NCBI GenBank assembly: GCA_034422355.1
Contig: DAOUJS010000146.1
Span: 898 to 64,897 of the forward strand
Reading direction: 5' to 3'
Origin: Dehalococcoidia bacterium
GTDB taxonomy: Bacteria; Chloroflexota; Dehalococcoidia; Lucifugimonadales; UBA3495
DNA: 64,000 nucleotides
The notes below the pieces were generated by a model that ran no database searches, had not been told where the DNA came from, and saw only the letters and a list, made by a program, of their open reading frames with translations. This document shows positions 7,991 to 17,720 of the stretch, in pieces. The position numbers and the translations under genes were made by a program. Numbering within the stretch: the stretch's first letter is position 1; each line of letters starts with the position of its first letter.

Positions 7991-8029
7991 ATTATCAGCC
8001 TTGACACGGCATGTGTCAATATGTATCAT
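7991..8029. promoter_or_regulatory. overlapping divergent promoters sharing a TTGACA-N7-TGTCAA palindrome (HAIR-like HspR operator candidate)
   Basis: Plus strand: TTGACA 8001-8006, 17 nt, TATCAT 8024-8029. Minus strand: TTGACA (rc of 8014-8019), 17 nt, GATAAT (rc of 7991-7996). Confidence 0.5.
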
Positions 8030-8234
8030 ACAGACACTATCTTAATCAATGAGACTTGGCGATGCCGGACGAAGGGCAGTGGATTACTACCTCCTGGAAA
8101 TTCGTACCTTGTCAATCAGTGTCCTACGAATATCATAACAAGCCGGTATTACCTGTCTATTACGACGAGGAGATATTGCCGGATTCGTCTCGACCGGGAT
8201 ATTCGTCAAATCAGGCCCCGTCGGGCTACCTTAT

Positions 8235-8291
8235 CTGAGAACGTCGCCCCATACCAACGTTCCGGCCGGGGAGCGGCGGATAGGATCCGTC
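8235..8291 (-). repeat. dispersed ~57-nt repeat, copy B (reverse orientation)
   Basis: The reverse complement reads GACGGATCCTATCCGCCGCTCCCCGGCCGGAACGTTGGTATGGGGCGACGTTCTCAG. Confidence 0.85.
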
Positions 8292-8309
8292 CCCAGAGGG
8301 AGCAGACAA

Positions 8310-8813
8310 ATGCAGCAACGTTCTAAAACCAGTGTGCAGACCCAGACCAATACGCGCCGCCAGCGGCAGCCTTCTTTGGCAGAAGAGTCACGGTTGGCGA
8401 GGGCAGCCCACACGCGAGCAGACGAAGCCGCCGGGCCTAATGCACGAGACCAGCAACCGGACCCGCAAATGGAAGGGGTTTACATCATCAGCGTGGCTGC
8501 CCGAATCCTGGACGTTCACCCCCAAACGCTGAGAAAGTACGAACGGCTCGGCCTGATTAACCCCGGAAGGACCCTGGGAATGCTCCGGCTGTATTCCAGG
8601 GAGGACATTCGCAGGGTGCGGCTGATCCAGTACCTGTCCGGCAACCTTGGGTTGAATCTGGCCGGGGTTGAGTTCGCCCTTGGGATGGTGGAGAAACTGC
8701 TCCTGTTCCGGGACAGGGTGGATTCGGTATCCAGGGACACCCCGCTTCAGGAGACTATAGAGCAGGAACTGGCCGCGCTGTTCAAGTCCACCGGCCTTCC
8801 ACTGGACGACTAG
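8310..8813 (+). CDS. hspR: MerR-family heat-shock regulator HspR-like
   Basis: YIISVAARILDVHPQTLRKYERLGLINPGRT...RLYSREDIRRVRLI is a MerR/HspR helix-turn-helix, and the gene lies directly upstream of grpE-dnaK. The start is uncertain. ATG at 8310 has a GAGGGAG SD. An alternative ATG at 8469 would remove a 53-aa low-complexity N-terminus. Confidence 0.8.
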   Translation: MQQRSKTSVQTQTNTRRQRQPSLAEESRLARAAHTRADEAAGPNARDQQPDPQMEGVYIISVAARILDVHPQTLRKYERLGLINPGRTLGMLRLYSREDIRRVRLIQYLSGNLGLNLAGVEFALGMVEKLLLFRDRVDSVSRDTPLQETIEQELAALFKSTGLPLDD

Positions 8814-8878
8814 CCGGTGAGCGAGCAGGACTGGCCAGACAGGCGGACTACATCGAAAGCACAGCAGAGGCGTTGTAC

Positions 8879-9472
8879 ATGACGAGAGAGCAGGACGAAT
8901 GGAAGATCCCACAGGAGGAGTCCGGTCCGGGCCAAACGGACGGTCCGGGCGGAGACCCCGATGGAGCAGACCAGGGCGAGTTGACTCCGGACATGCAGAT
9001 CATGAACCTTAGGGAACAGTTGGAAGCGGCGCTGGCCGACGCCGCCAAGTACCGCGGCGAGGTGCAGTACAAGGAGGCCGAGTTACAGACGGAGCGACGC
9101 CGCTCCGCGGAGCAGCGGGCCGACGCTGCCAAGTACCGGGACGAAGACCTGCTCCGGGACCTGCTCCCGGCAATTGAGGGGCTGGACCTGGCACTGAACG
9201 CCCCGGTCAGCGACCAGTGGGGCGATGGGGTCAAGCTGGCTGTACGCGAGATGAAGCGCCGGCTGGAAATTCGGGGCATCAACCTCATCAACGCCACCGA
9301 GGGCCAGCCTTTCGACCCCAACGAACACGATGCTATAGGGGCTGAGGAGTCCACCAAGCATACTCCGGGCCACATTGTCCAGGCAGTGAGAGGCGGATAT
9401 CGCCTCCACGACCGGGTAATCCAACCGGCGCAGGTAATCGTGGCTACAGAGCGGCACGAGACTGAAGAGTAA
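8879..9472 (+). CDS. grpE: nucleotide exchange factor GrpE
   Basis: [41 protein letters not shown] at 8879 is preferred over the TTG at 8873. Confidence 0.9.
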   Translation: MTREQDEWKIPQEESGPGQTDGPGGDPDGADQGELTPDMQIMNLREQLEAALADAAKYRGEVQYKEAELQTERRRSAEQRADAAKYRDEDLLRDLLPAIEGLDLALNAPVSDQWGDGVKLAVREMKRRLEIRGINLINATEGQPFDPNEHDAIGAEESTKHTPGHIVQAVRGGYRLHDRVIQPAQVIVATERHETEE

Positions 9473-9504
9473 CTTTCCGGAAGCTGGAAGAAAGGAGACA
9501 CGCG

Positions 9505-11415
9505 ATGGCTAAAGTATTGGGAATTGACCTGGGTACGACCAACTCAGTCGCCGCGGTGATCGAGAGTGGCGAACCGGTAGTAGTAGAAAACGCCGAGGGG
9601 GCGCGGCTGACCCCTTCTGTCGTCGCCGTCAACAGCCGCACTGACGAGAGGTACGTTGGCCAGATCGCAAAGCGGCAGGCCGTGACGAACCCGGAGAACA
9701 CGCTTTTCTCTGTCAAGCGACTCATGGGCCGCAAGTTCCGGGACTCAGAGGTCCAGAACGCCATCAACAGGCTGCCGTACAAGATTGTCCAGGCTTCCGA
9801 TGGCGATGCTCATGTTGAGATGAACGGTCAGAGCTATGCCCCGCCCCAGATTTCGTCCTTCGTGCTGCAAAAGATCAAGCAGGACGCGGAGGCCAAGCTG
9901 GGCGAGAGGATCACCCAAGCGGTGATCACCGTTCCCGCATACTTCAACGACTCGCAGCGCCAGGCCACCAAGGACGCCGGGACCATCGCCGGACTGGAAG
10001 TGCTGCGGATCATCAACGAGCCGACTGCGTCCTCCCTGGCTTATGGTGTGGACAAGACCAATACCGATGCCACGGTCGCGGTATTTGATCTCGGGGGAGG
10101 GACTTTCGACATCACAATACTCCAACTCGGTGACGGGGTCTTCGAGGTGAAATCCACCAACGGGGATACCTATCTTGGCGGCGATGACTTCGACCAGCAG
10201 ATACTGGAATGGCTGATCGACGAGTTCCGCCAGGAATCCGGCATTGACCTGAGCAAGGACCGGATGGCCCTGCAACGGCTGCGGGACGCGGCGGAGAGGG
10301 CCAAGGTCGAGCTTTCCAGCGTGCTGGAGACGGAAATCAACCTGCCTTTCATTACCGCCGATGCGTCAGGCCCGGCTCACCTGGTGAAGACCCTCGGCCG
10401 GGCCAGGTTGGAGCAGTTGGTAGGAGACCTGATCGCTCGTACCGAAGGCCCGTGCAAGCAGGCCCTCAGCGACGCCGGTCTGAGCGCAAGCGGCATAGAC
10501 GAGGTGATCATGGTCGGCGGCATGACGCGGATGCCGGCCGTCCAGGAGAAAGTCAAGCAGCTGTTCGGACAGGAACCCAACCGGAACGTCAACCCTGACG
10601 AGGCAGTGGCCCTCGGCGCGGCCATACAGGCCGGGGTGCTGGCCGGAGAGGTCGGAGACCTGGTCTTGCTGGATGTAACCCCACTTACGCTCGGGCTGGA
10701 GACCCTGGGCAACGTCTCGACAACTCTTATCCCTAGAAACACGACCATACCTACCCGCAAGGCCGAGACGTTCACCACCGCTGCCAACGGACAAACTACC
10801 GTAGACATTCACGTGCTCCAGGGGGAGCGGCCAATGGCGGCGGACAACAAGTCCATCGGCCGGTTCATGCTGGACGGGATTCTTCCCGCCCCCAGGGGCG
10901 TGCCCCAGATCGAGGTGATGTTCGACATCGACGCCAATGGGATACTCAGTGTGTCGGCCCAGGACAAGGGCACCGGTAAGGAGCAGAAGATAGTGATCCA
11001 GTCCGGGTCGGGGCTTTCCAAGGATGAGATCGACCGGATGGTCGATGAGGCCAAGACCCACGAGGCGGAGGACCAGCAGAGGCGCGCCGAGGCGGAGACC
11101 CGCAATCAAGCGGACTCGCTGGTCTACAGCACGGAGAAACTGCTGCAAGACAACGCGGACAATATCCCCGAGGACCTCAAGGCCGAGGTGGAGGGCAAGC
11201 TGACCACGCTTCGGACTGCCGTATCGGGCGGCACCATTGCGGAGATTCAGACCGCGATGACGGACCTTAATGCCTCGCTGCAACGGGTGGGTGAGGCAGT
11301 CTACTCTCAGTCCGGCGGGGCCGCCGGAGCCGGTGGAGCTACGGTGGATGACAGCCCCGTGGAAGACGTTCCACCGGATGACGACACGGTGGAAGGGGAG
11401 TTCCGAGAGGTTTAG
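9505..11415 (+). CDS. dnaK: molecular chaperone DnaK (Hsp70)
   Basis: [28 protein letters not shown]-type motifs. 636 aa. GAAAGGAG SD. Confidence 0.98.
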   Translation: MAKVLGIDLGTTNSVAAVIESGEPVVVENAEGARLTPSVVAVNSRTDERYVGQIAKRQAVTNPENTLFSVKRLMGRKFRDSEVQNAINRLPYKIVQASDGDAHVEMNGQSYAPPQISSFVLQKIKQDAEAKLGERITQAVITVPAYFNDSQRQATKDAGTIAGLEVLRIINEPTASSLAYGVDKTNTDATVAVFDLGGGTFDITILQLGDGVFEVKSTNGDTYLGGDDFDQQILEWLIDEFRQESGIDLSKDRMALQRLRDAAERAKVELSSVLETEINLPFITADASGPAHLVKTLGRARLEQLVGDLIARTEGPCKQALSDAGLSASGIDEVIMVGGMTRMPAVQEKVKQLFGQEPNRNVNPDEAVALGAAIQAGVLAGEVGDLVLLDVTPLTLGLETLGNVSTTLIPRNTTIPTRKAETFTTAANGQTTVDIHVLQGERPMAADNKSIGRFMLDGILPAPRGVPQIEVMFDIDANGILSVSAQDKGTGKEQKIVIQSGSGLSKDEIDRMVDEAKTHEAEDQQRRAEAETRNQADSLVYSTEKLLQDNADNIPEDLKAEVEGKLTTLRTAVSGGTIAEIQTAMTDLNASLQRVGEAVYSQSGGAAGAGGATVDDSPVEDVPPDDDTVEGEFREV

Positions 11416-11450
11416 GGGCGCACAGCACGATGTTGCCGGGGGCCATCATC

Positions 11451-11459
11451 TGGTATAAT
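11451..11459 (+). promoter_or_regulatory. extended -10 element TGgTATAAT
   Basis: TGGTATAAT at 11451-11459, between dnaK and the following small gene. Confidence 0.35.
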
Positions 11460-11530
11460 GGCCCTCTATTCCAAAATCCTCCCTGCCTGCGAAATCTGGC
11501 GGGTCACGGTCAGTGCTGATGGAGAGGACA

Positions 11531-11814
11531 TGAGCGGAAAACAAGATAGAGTGGACCAAGAGGTTGTGGAAGGCGAAAATACCTGGACAATTGAGGGAGT
11601 CGAGCAGCGGCTGACCCCTTTACAGTACCACTACCTGAGTCTGCTTCAGCGTCTGATCGATACAAAGAACAGCTATCAGACGGACCCGGAATTCGAAGAG
11701 TGGAAGATGGGCGCTCTCAACAAGTCGGTCTATTCAACTCTTCGTGACTGCATCGAGTCGAACGTAGGCGACATTGCCAAGGAAATGCTCAGGGAGACCC
11801 ATAGCGTCAACTAA
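11531..11814 (+). CDS. hypothetical protein
   Basis: 94 aa from the ATG at 11531 (GGAGAGG SD). I recognise no motif. Confidence 0.5.
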
Positions 11815-11884
11815 GCCGAGCGGACTCATCCGGAGATTCATTGGAAACGGCCCGCGGGAAATGGCCCCCGCCCGCACCAATGCC

Positions 11885-11906
11885 GGGGAAGGTGACGGCC
11901 TTCCCC
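11885..11906. terminator. hairpin between convergent genes
   Basis: GGGGAAGG (11885-11892) pairs with CCTTCCCC (11899-11906), immediately after the deacetylase stop. Confidence 0.4.
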
Positions 11907-11908
11907 AG

Positions 11909-13039
11909 CTACCCAGAAATAGAGTGCAACGGAAATAGTTGTCCCCTGACACTGGCCACGGTCTCCACCGCGAATATCCGTGAGTCCCGTTGTACATCTG
12001 CGGGAACCTGGGGTATGAAGGTATCCCGGAGCCGCTCAGCGCCGTGGAGGGCCACGAAGGGTCCAGGCAACCGGTCAGGCCATTCCACGTCCAGCATGAC
12101 TCCGTAGGCCAACGCCCAGGAGCGGGCAACGGCGCTCAGGTCGTAACCGCCTCCACCCAGGGCCAGCCAGGGCACTCCCATCCCGGCAAACTCCCGGACC
12201 GCCTCGACGAATCCTCTGGTGGTCACCTGCAAGTGGGTCAGCGGGTCGCTGTGATAGGTGTCTATGCCCAACTGGGTCACCAGCACGTCCGGCGCAAAGG
12301 CTTTCAGAAGAGGCAGGACGGCGTCTCGAAACACCTCGAGATAGGTCTCGTCGCCGGTATAGGGATATAGAGGCAAATTGACTGAATAGCCCACTCCCGT
12401 GCCGGACCCTATTTCAGATACGAACCCCGTACCCGGGAACAGATACCGGCCGGACTCATGGATGGAAATTGTGAGTACCCGGTCGTCCTCATAAAAAGCC
12501 TCCTGCACTCCGTCGCCGTGGTGCGCGTCGATGTCCACGTAGGCAACCCTCATCCCCCTCCCCAGGAGATAATTGATCGCCACGGCAGGGTCGTTGAAAA
12601 CGCAGAACCCCGATGCGTGTCCGGCTGCGGCGTGGTGCAATCCGCCGGAAATGTTAAAGGCCGCATCCACCTTCCCGTCAGCGACCAGCTCAGCGGCCAC
12701 CAACGATGCGCCGGTGCTGAGGCAAGCGGCGTCGTACATTCCCCGGTAGTAGGGGTTGTCGCCCTGGAGACTGAAGTTGAACCTGCCTGGGTCGTAACCG
12801 CTGAGTCCCAGGCCGAAACTGCGGACGGCAGCGATGTATTCCCGGCTGTGCAGGGTCATAAGCTCCGCTTCCGTGGCAGGACGAGGCGGCACCAGCAGAG
12901 AATCTGCCTGATCGAATGCGCCGAAGGACTCCAATAACTCGTATGTGTACCGGAGTCTCACGGGCCGCATGGGGTGGTCGGACCGGAGCTGGTGCCGGGA
13001 CATCGCCTCGTCATAGATAAACGCCGCTCGTGGACTCAC
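11909..13039 (-). CDS. histone-deacetylase-family protein (AcuC / acetoin-utilisation-type deacetylase)
   Basis: GGLHHAAAGHASGFCVFND, VAYVDIDAHHGDGVQEAFY. The GTG start overlaps the upstream stop (GTGA). Confidence 0.9.
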   Translation of the reverse strand: MSPRAAFIYDEAMSRHQLRSDHPMRPVRLRYTYELLESFGAFDQADSLLVPPRPATEAELMTLHSREYIAAVRSFGLGLSGYDPGRFNFSLQGDNPYYRGMYDAACLSTGASLVAAELVADGKVDAAFNISGGLHHAAAGHASGFCVFNDPAVAINYLLGRGMRVAYVDIDAHHGDGVQEAFYEDDRVLTISIHESGRYLFPGTGFVSEIGSGTGVGYSVNLPLYPYTGDETYLEVFRDAVLPLLKAFAPDVLVTQLGIDTYHSDPLTHLQVTTRGFVEAVREFAGMGVPWLALGGGGYDLSAVARSWALAYGVMLDVEWPDRLPGPFVALHGAERLRDTFIPQVPADVQRDSRIFAVETVASVRGQLFPLHSISG

Positions 13040-13512
13040 AACGCCTCCGAAATAGCGCGTTCAATTTCGGACTTCATGTTGGACCAGTGAGTTCCCCTCC
13101 AGTACAGCCGGAGGCACTGGGGGCAACGCATAAATTTGCATTGGGTGGCCAGAATGTAAGGAGGCAGCCGCGCGGCCACTTCTTCCTTCGCCGCCTGTTC
13201 CAGGGCCAAGTTGCAACAGACGCACCGGGTAAACCCGCTTTTGAAGTCCAGTTTCAGTTCCCTGACCAGTTGCCGCAGTTGTCCTCTCAGGTCATCATCC
13301 TTGATATGGACGACCCGCATCTGGCCCAGGCGGGCAGCCCTGCGCCGGGCAATGCCGGAGTCCCTGGTCACCAGAGTCCGTGACTCCTTCAACGCAATTC
13401 TCACAAGTTCGTTGTCGCCACGCTCACTGGGGAACAAGGCGTCGTACCCCATGATCCTCAGCCACCTTGCCAGGCGGCCCACGTTTACGTCGACGACGAA
13501 CCGATGCTGCAT
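13036..13512 (-). CDS. Mut7-C RNase domain (DUF82, PIN-like plus C-terminal zinc ribbon) protein
   Basis: FVVDVNVGRLARWLRIMGYD...TRD..., C-terminal CVCCN...CPQC. Start at M17 of the ORF (MQHRF). Confidence 0.75.
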   Translation of the reverse strand: MQHRFVVDVNVGRLARWLRIMGYDALFPSERGDNELVRIALKESRTLVTRDSGIARRRAARLGQMRVVHIKDDDLRGQLRQLVRELKLDFKSGFTRCVCCNLALEQAAKEEVAARLPPYILATQCKFMRCPQCLRLYWRGTHWSNMKSEIERAISEAL

Positions 13513-13921
13513 GTTGGTTCCAGCCGGCAGTGTAGTTGGAGACGGGTTGAGTCTATTCAAAAACGTCCATGAGGGTCAAGCTGTGGGAATTGTTGGGAGC
13601 CGTATGGGAAATACAGAGAGGCGTGTCCCGTGCCTGTTCCCACAAAAATCGACCCGGAGGGGTGCGCCAAGCGAGGCCACGTTTTCCATCCTGGACACGA
13701 CAAAATGCTGAAAACTCGCCTTCATAACTCTACGAATCTCCCTGATGATCGGAGGTATATTATGTTTCATGGAAAATTGACGGGGACCATTGGCTGAGTT
13801 GTCCTCCGGGCCCTGCGATCCCAGGATTGCGCGGCGGGGGATAACGCTGATGTTTTCAGCCCAGCCGTATTAAGAGCGACGGGCGGACCGGGGATATGCG
13901 GACAAAGTAAGGAGGCGGGTA

Positions 13922-14551
13922 ATGCTTAGAGGGAACGGGTTTGATCTAACCCTTGATGAGCGGCTTCGGAGGGCGGAAGAGGCCGAGTTAGAGTTGCAGC
14001 GGCTTCAACCAATGGCCGAAGAAGCCCCTAAGCTGCGGGCCACGAAAGCGAAATTGGAGAAGAGGAAAGCCCAGGAGAAGGCCAAAGAGGCCTTGATGAA
14101 TACTGTGGTCACCTCCGTAGAGTCAGCCTCCAACCGCCAGTCCGAGGTCCCACAGCTTCTGGACGGCGCCGGAAGGGCCATCAGGGAGCTTTACGAGGCT
14201 CTCCGGGAGATCGACCGACACCGCAGGGAAGCAACCGACTGCCTTACCAAGATCGACCGCATCGACTATGAGATCGAATTGGAGCAACGGAAGGAGCTGG
14301 AGGAGGCCAACGACAGAGATACTCGCGGGTTGGCCTACGCCGTAGCTGCGCATCACGGCGACACCCGGGTCAAGGGCATGTTGAACGAGCTGGACCCCGA
14401 TTTCGGGTTTGTCAACGGCTGCGACCTGACCAACCCATTGGTCCGTGATACCCTTCGATTCGTGATGAGTCACGCCCTATCGGCCTCAAATATCGAACTC
14501 GAAGAGTATGAGCGGGCTATTGAGGAGGCGATGGAGCCGGCTGAGTCGTAG
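13922..14551 (+). CDS. hypothetical coiled-coil protein
   Basis: 209 aa, charged and heptad-like. Strong AAGGAGG SD. Confidence 0.6.
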   Translation: MLRGNGFDLTLDERLRRAEEAELELQRLQPMAEEAPKLRATKAKLEKRKAQEKAKEALMNTVVTSVESASNRQSEVPQLLDGAGRAIRELYEALREIDRHRREATDCLTKIDRIDYEIELEQRKELEEANDRDTRGLAYAVAAHHGDTRVKGMLNELDPDFGFVNGCDLTNPLVRDTLRFVMSHALSASNIELEEYERAIEEAMEPAES

Positions 14552-14628
14552 CGTCGCCGCGACCAGCCGATGGGTCTCACAAACGTTGGCTGTCAGCAAC
14601 GCGAGACTCCGCCAAGTCATCCAGCCAT

Positions 14629-14664
14629 AAATCGGGCAACCGCTAGTTTACGGTTGCCCGATTT
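14629..14664. terminator. perfect 14-bp hairpin, T-tract on the plus strand
   Basis: AAATCGGGCAACCG-ctagttta-CGGTTGCCCGATTT followed by GCGATAATT. Confidence 0.65.
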
Positions 14665-14704
14665 GCGATAATTGGGCGAACCTGATAAATGGATCGAAGC
14701 CGAT

Positions 14705-15715
14705 ATGAAATTTGGCATCTATAGCTCCATCGCCGACCCGCCCGCCGGGGAACACCTGGACCGGGCAGTGGACGAAGTAATCGAGGAGGCCCAACTGGCC
14801 GAGGCGTCCGGGTTCGATTCCTGCTTCTTTGGCGAGCATCACCAGGACAGGGACGGGTTCCTCCCATCGCCGTTGATCGTGGCGACGGCGGTCGCGGCCC
14901 GGACGAGCAACCTCAACGTCGGGACCTCGGTGATTCTTCTACCTCTCCACCACCCGGTAGGCATGGCCGAGGACGTGACCACGCTGGACATAGTGTCCAA
15001 GGGACGGTTTGTCCTGGGTGTGGGACTTGGATACCAACCGGCAGACTTCCGGGCTTTCAACGTGCCGATGAACGAGAGGGTTGGCAGGTTCGAGGAGTCC
15101 ATCGAAATAATCCGGCGTTCCTGGAGTGGGGAGACGTTCTCCTTTCACGGGAATCACTTCGACCTGGAGGACCTCCACATCCGGCCCAATCCCTACACCC
15201 CGGGCGGTCCGCCACTTTGGATCGGGGCCAGCACCGTTCCGGGCGCGCGCCGGGCGGGCCGGATGGCCGACGCCTTCGTCGCCGGGCCGAGCACGGATAT
15301 GGCAAGCACCCAACGCCTGCTGGACGCCTACCGGCAGGCAGCATTGGAGGCAGGCCGGGAGCCGCAGATAGTTTTGATGCGGGACGCCTGGGTCGCCGGC
15401 AGCCGGGCTGAGGCCGAGGAGACATACGGGCCAGAGGTGGTGACCGCTTACAGGTATTATTGGAGGAACGGCCTGGCGGAGTTCAGGAGCATCGCGTCCG
15501 AGTCAGAGATAACGCTGGACCGGGTTGCCCATGACAGGCTGATCCTGGGCAACCCGGAAGAATGCGCCGCTGAGTTCCGCAGGTGGAGCGAGGAGACGGG
15601 CGCTGACTACTTTCTGCTGCGTCTACGCCACGCCCACTCGGGCGGGCCTCCGCACCACCGGATAATGAACGCCATTTCCACCTTTGGCGAATCCGTAATC
15701 CCCTATTGCAGTTAA
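14705..15715 (+). CDS. LLM-class flavin-dependent oxidoreductase
   Basis: MKFGIY..., FFGEHH, ILLPLHHPV, GRFVLGVGLGY. Confidence 0.9.
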   Translation: MKFGIYSSIADPPAGEHLDRAVDEVIEEAQLAEASGFDSCFFGEHHQDRDGFLPSPLIVATAVAARTSNLNVGTSVILLPLHHPVGMAEDVTTLDIVSKGRFVLGVGLGYQPADFRAFNVPMNERVGRFEESIEIIRRSWSGETFSFHGNHFDLEDLHIRPNPYTPGGPPLWIGASTVPGARRAGRMADAFVAGPSTDMASTQRLLDAYRQAALEAGREPQIVLMRDAWVAGSRAEAEETYGPEVVTAYRYYWRNGLAEFRSIASESEITLDRVAHDRLILGNPEECAAEFRRWSEETGADYFLLRLRHAHSGGPPHHRIMNAISTFGESVIPYCS

Positions 15716-15748
15716 CAAGCCGATTTCATCAGCCGAGGAGGTGTAATC

Positions 15749-16522
15749 GTGGCCACCTTCGATGAATATGCCGACAAGTACCAGCACGTCCGCATGGAGC
15801 GCAGCAACGGAATTTTGCAGATCACCTTGCACACCAACGGAGACAGCCTGCAATGGGGAGGCGGACCCCATGAAGAACTGCCTCGGTGCTTCCGTGACAT
15901 AGGCTCCGACCGGGAGAACCGGGTGGTGATAATGACCGGCACGGGGGAGGCATTCACCGGACCGCCGGGCACACGGGCCTCCCGGCCCCGCCGGGCGCCC
16001 GCCGAGTGGGACAGGACGTACTGGGAAGGCAAGCAGTTGTTGATGAACCTGCTGGACATCGAGGTCCCGATGATCAGCGCCATCAATGGTCCGGCCCTGC
16101 GCCACTCCGAGCTGCCTCTGCTCTGTGACATTGTTCTGGCGGCGGACGGGGCCTCCTTCCAGGACTCGGGGCATTTCATCAACGGGCTGATTCCGGGTGA
16201 CGGGATGCATATCATCTATCCGCTGCTGCTGGGGTTGAACCGGGGGCGCTACTTCCTGCTGACCGGACAGACACTGGATGCACGCCAGGCCCTTGACCTG
16301 GGCTTGGTCAGCGAGGTCCTGCCGAGGGACCAACTCCTGCCCAGGGCATGGGAACTCGCCGGGCAACTGGCGGAACAGCCGGACCTGGTGCTGCGTTACA
16401 GCCGTGTGCTCCTCACGCAGTACGTCAAGCGCCAGATGCAGGACCTGCTGGGCTACGGGCTGGCGCTGGAAGGACTGGGTTCCGCTGACTCGATGCTGGA
16501 CTCGGACACAGCAAGCGGTTGA
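15749..16522 (+). CDS. enoyl-CoA hydratase/isomerase (crotonase) family protein
   Basis: VVIMTGTGEAF..., ISAINGPA pattern. GAGGAGG SD before the GTG. Confidence 0.9.
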   Translation: MATFDEYADKYQHVRMERSNGILQITLHTNGDSLQWGGGPHEELPRCFRDIGSDRENRVVIMTGTGEAFTGPPGTRASRPRRAPAEWDRTYWEGKQLLMNLLDIEVPMISAINGPALRHSELPLLCDIVLAADGASFQDSGHFINGLIPGDGMHIIYPLLLGLNRGRYFLLTGQTLDARQALDLGLVSEVLPRDQLLPRAWELAGQLAEQPDLVLRYSRVLLTQYVKRQMQDLLGYGLALEGLGSADSMLDSDTASG

Positions 16523-16638
16523 CGCACCCGCCGGGAGTAGCAGCCAATTTCGGAATGTTACGTTTCGGGCAGCGATTGCGTCTGAACAGGACGCTATTTA
16601 ACGCCTTGAGTGACAGAAGGAATGTACTTCCCAGGATT

Positions 16639-16664
16639 CAGGAGCACTTGAAAATGTGCTCCTG
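16639..16664 (+). other. 9-bp hairpin pairing an AGGAG with a GTG
   Basis: CAGGAGCAC (16639-16647) pairs with GTGCTCCTG (16656-16664). Either a weak terminator or an SD-start sequestering structure. Confidence 0.3.
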
Positions 16665-16676
16665 TTCTGGCAAGAT

Positions 16677-17591
16677 ATGGCCATGCGTATAGGAGCTTTT
16701 GAACTCAACGAGCCGGTGCCCGAATTGGTGGACCCGCACGTTTTCGCCATGATCCGCCCCTGGGTGGACGTGGGAAGCGTGGGGACACTGACCTTGAACA
16801 GGTTGGAGAGATACCTGGGGTCCAAGGAACTTGGCAAGCTGGTCCGGCCCGGCACATTTTTCGACTTCACCCGGTACCGGCCCACCATGCGCAACGTGGA
16901 TGGACGCAGGGAGGTCAAGATACCCAACAGCATCATCCGTTACGCCAAGACGGAGAACGGGCCGGACTACCTGTTCTTCCATCTTCTGGAACCCCACTCC
17001 AACGGAGAGGACTACACCGACTCAATCCTGGAGTTGGTCAGACATTTCAACGTCAAGCGCTACTGCCGCGTCGGCGCCATGTACGACGCGGTCCCCCATA
17101 CACGGCCATTGCTGGTAACCGGCTCCCTTGGCGAGGTGCCACAGATCAGGCCAGTGGCCAACTTCAAGCTGCGCCGCAGCACCTACCAGGGACCCACCAC
17201 GATAATGAACCTGCTGTCGGAGGGGGTCGAGAGTTCCGAGATCGAATCCATCAACTTCATGGTCCACCTGCCCCAGTACGTGCAGTTGGAAGAGGACTAC
17301 GCCGGCACTTCCAGGATGATAGAGGTGCTGTCCTCGGTGTACGAGGGCATTCCCGCCGACTTGGCCCCGGTGCGCAGGGGACAACGCCAGTACCGCGAGT
17401 TGAACTCCACCGTGGAGCGTAACTCGGAGTTGAAGGACCTGATCCGGCAGATGGAAGCCTACTATGATGCCCAACTGGACTCGGAGGAGTCCAAGAGCGA
17501 GGAGACGGCCACCTCTGCCGATCTTTCGCCCGAGATTGAAAGGTTCCTCAGCGAGTTGGGCGAGCGGTTGGACACCGACAGGGAAGAATAG
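16677..17591 (+). CDS. PAC2-family (proteasome-assembly-chaperone-like) protein
   Basis: Resembles the bacterial PAC2 family (ELNEPVPELVDPHVFAMIRPWVDVGSVG...). The start is ambiguous (GTG 16656, ATG 16677 or ATG 16683). Confidence 0.7.
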   Translation: MAMRIGAFELNEPVPELVDPHVFAMIRPWVDVGSVGTLTLNRLERYLGSKELGKLVRPGTFFDFTRYRPTMRNVDGRREVKIPNSIIRYAKTENGPDYLFFHLLEPHSNGEDYTDSILELVRHFNVKRYCRVGAMYDAVPHTRPLLVTGSLGEVPQIRPVANFKLRRSTYQGPTTIMNLLSEGVESSEIESINFMVHLPQYVQLEEDYAGTSRMIEVLSSVYEGIPADLAPVRRGQRQYRELNSTVERNSELKDLIRQMEAYYDAQLDSEESKSEETATSADLSPEIERFLSELGERLDTDREE

Positions 17592-17691
17592 CCGCCTGTG
17601 CAACCGAACTGACTGGGGCATTGGCCCTGCATTGCTCTCGACCACCCCCTAGCTCCTTCGTGATTTTTCATATTCCTATATGCCCCCATGT

Positions 17692-17720
17692 TTGCTTTGG
17701 CGGCGTTGCGGGGATATGCT
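17692..17720 (+). promoter_or_regulatory. candidate promoter TTGCTT-17-TATGCT
   Basis: About 57 nt upstream of the trpS ATG. Confidence 0.35.

Noticed and set aside
8062-8238. 58-codon ORF in the hspR leader as a feature.
   Set aside because: No SD and an unremarkable composition. It is reported only as a question in the findings, not as a CDS.
13576-13770. 64-aa ORF (MKHNIPPIIREIRRVMK...) upstream of the Mut7-C gene as a real gene or antitoxin.
   Set aside because: There is no SD and no recognisable motif. It is kept only as a remark inside the Mut7-C finding.
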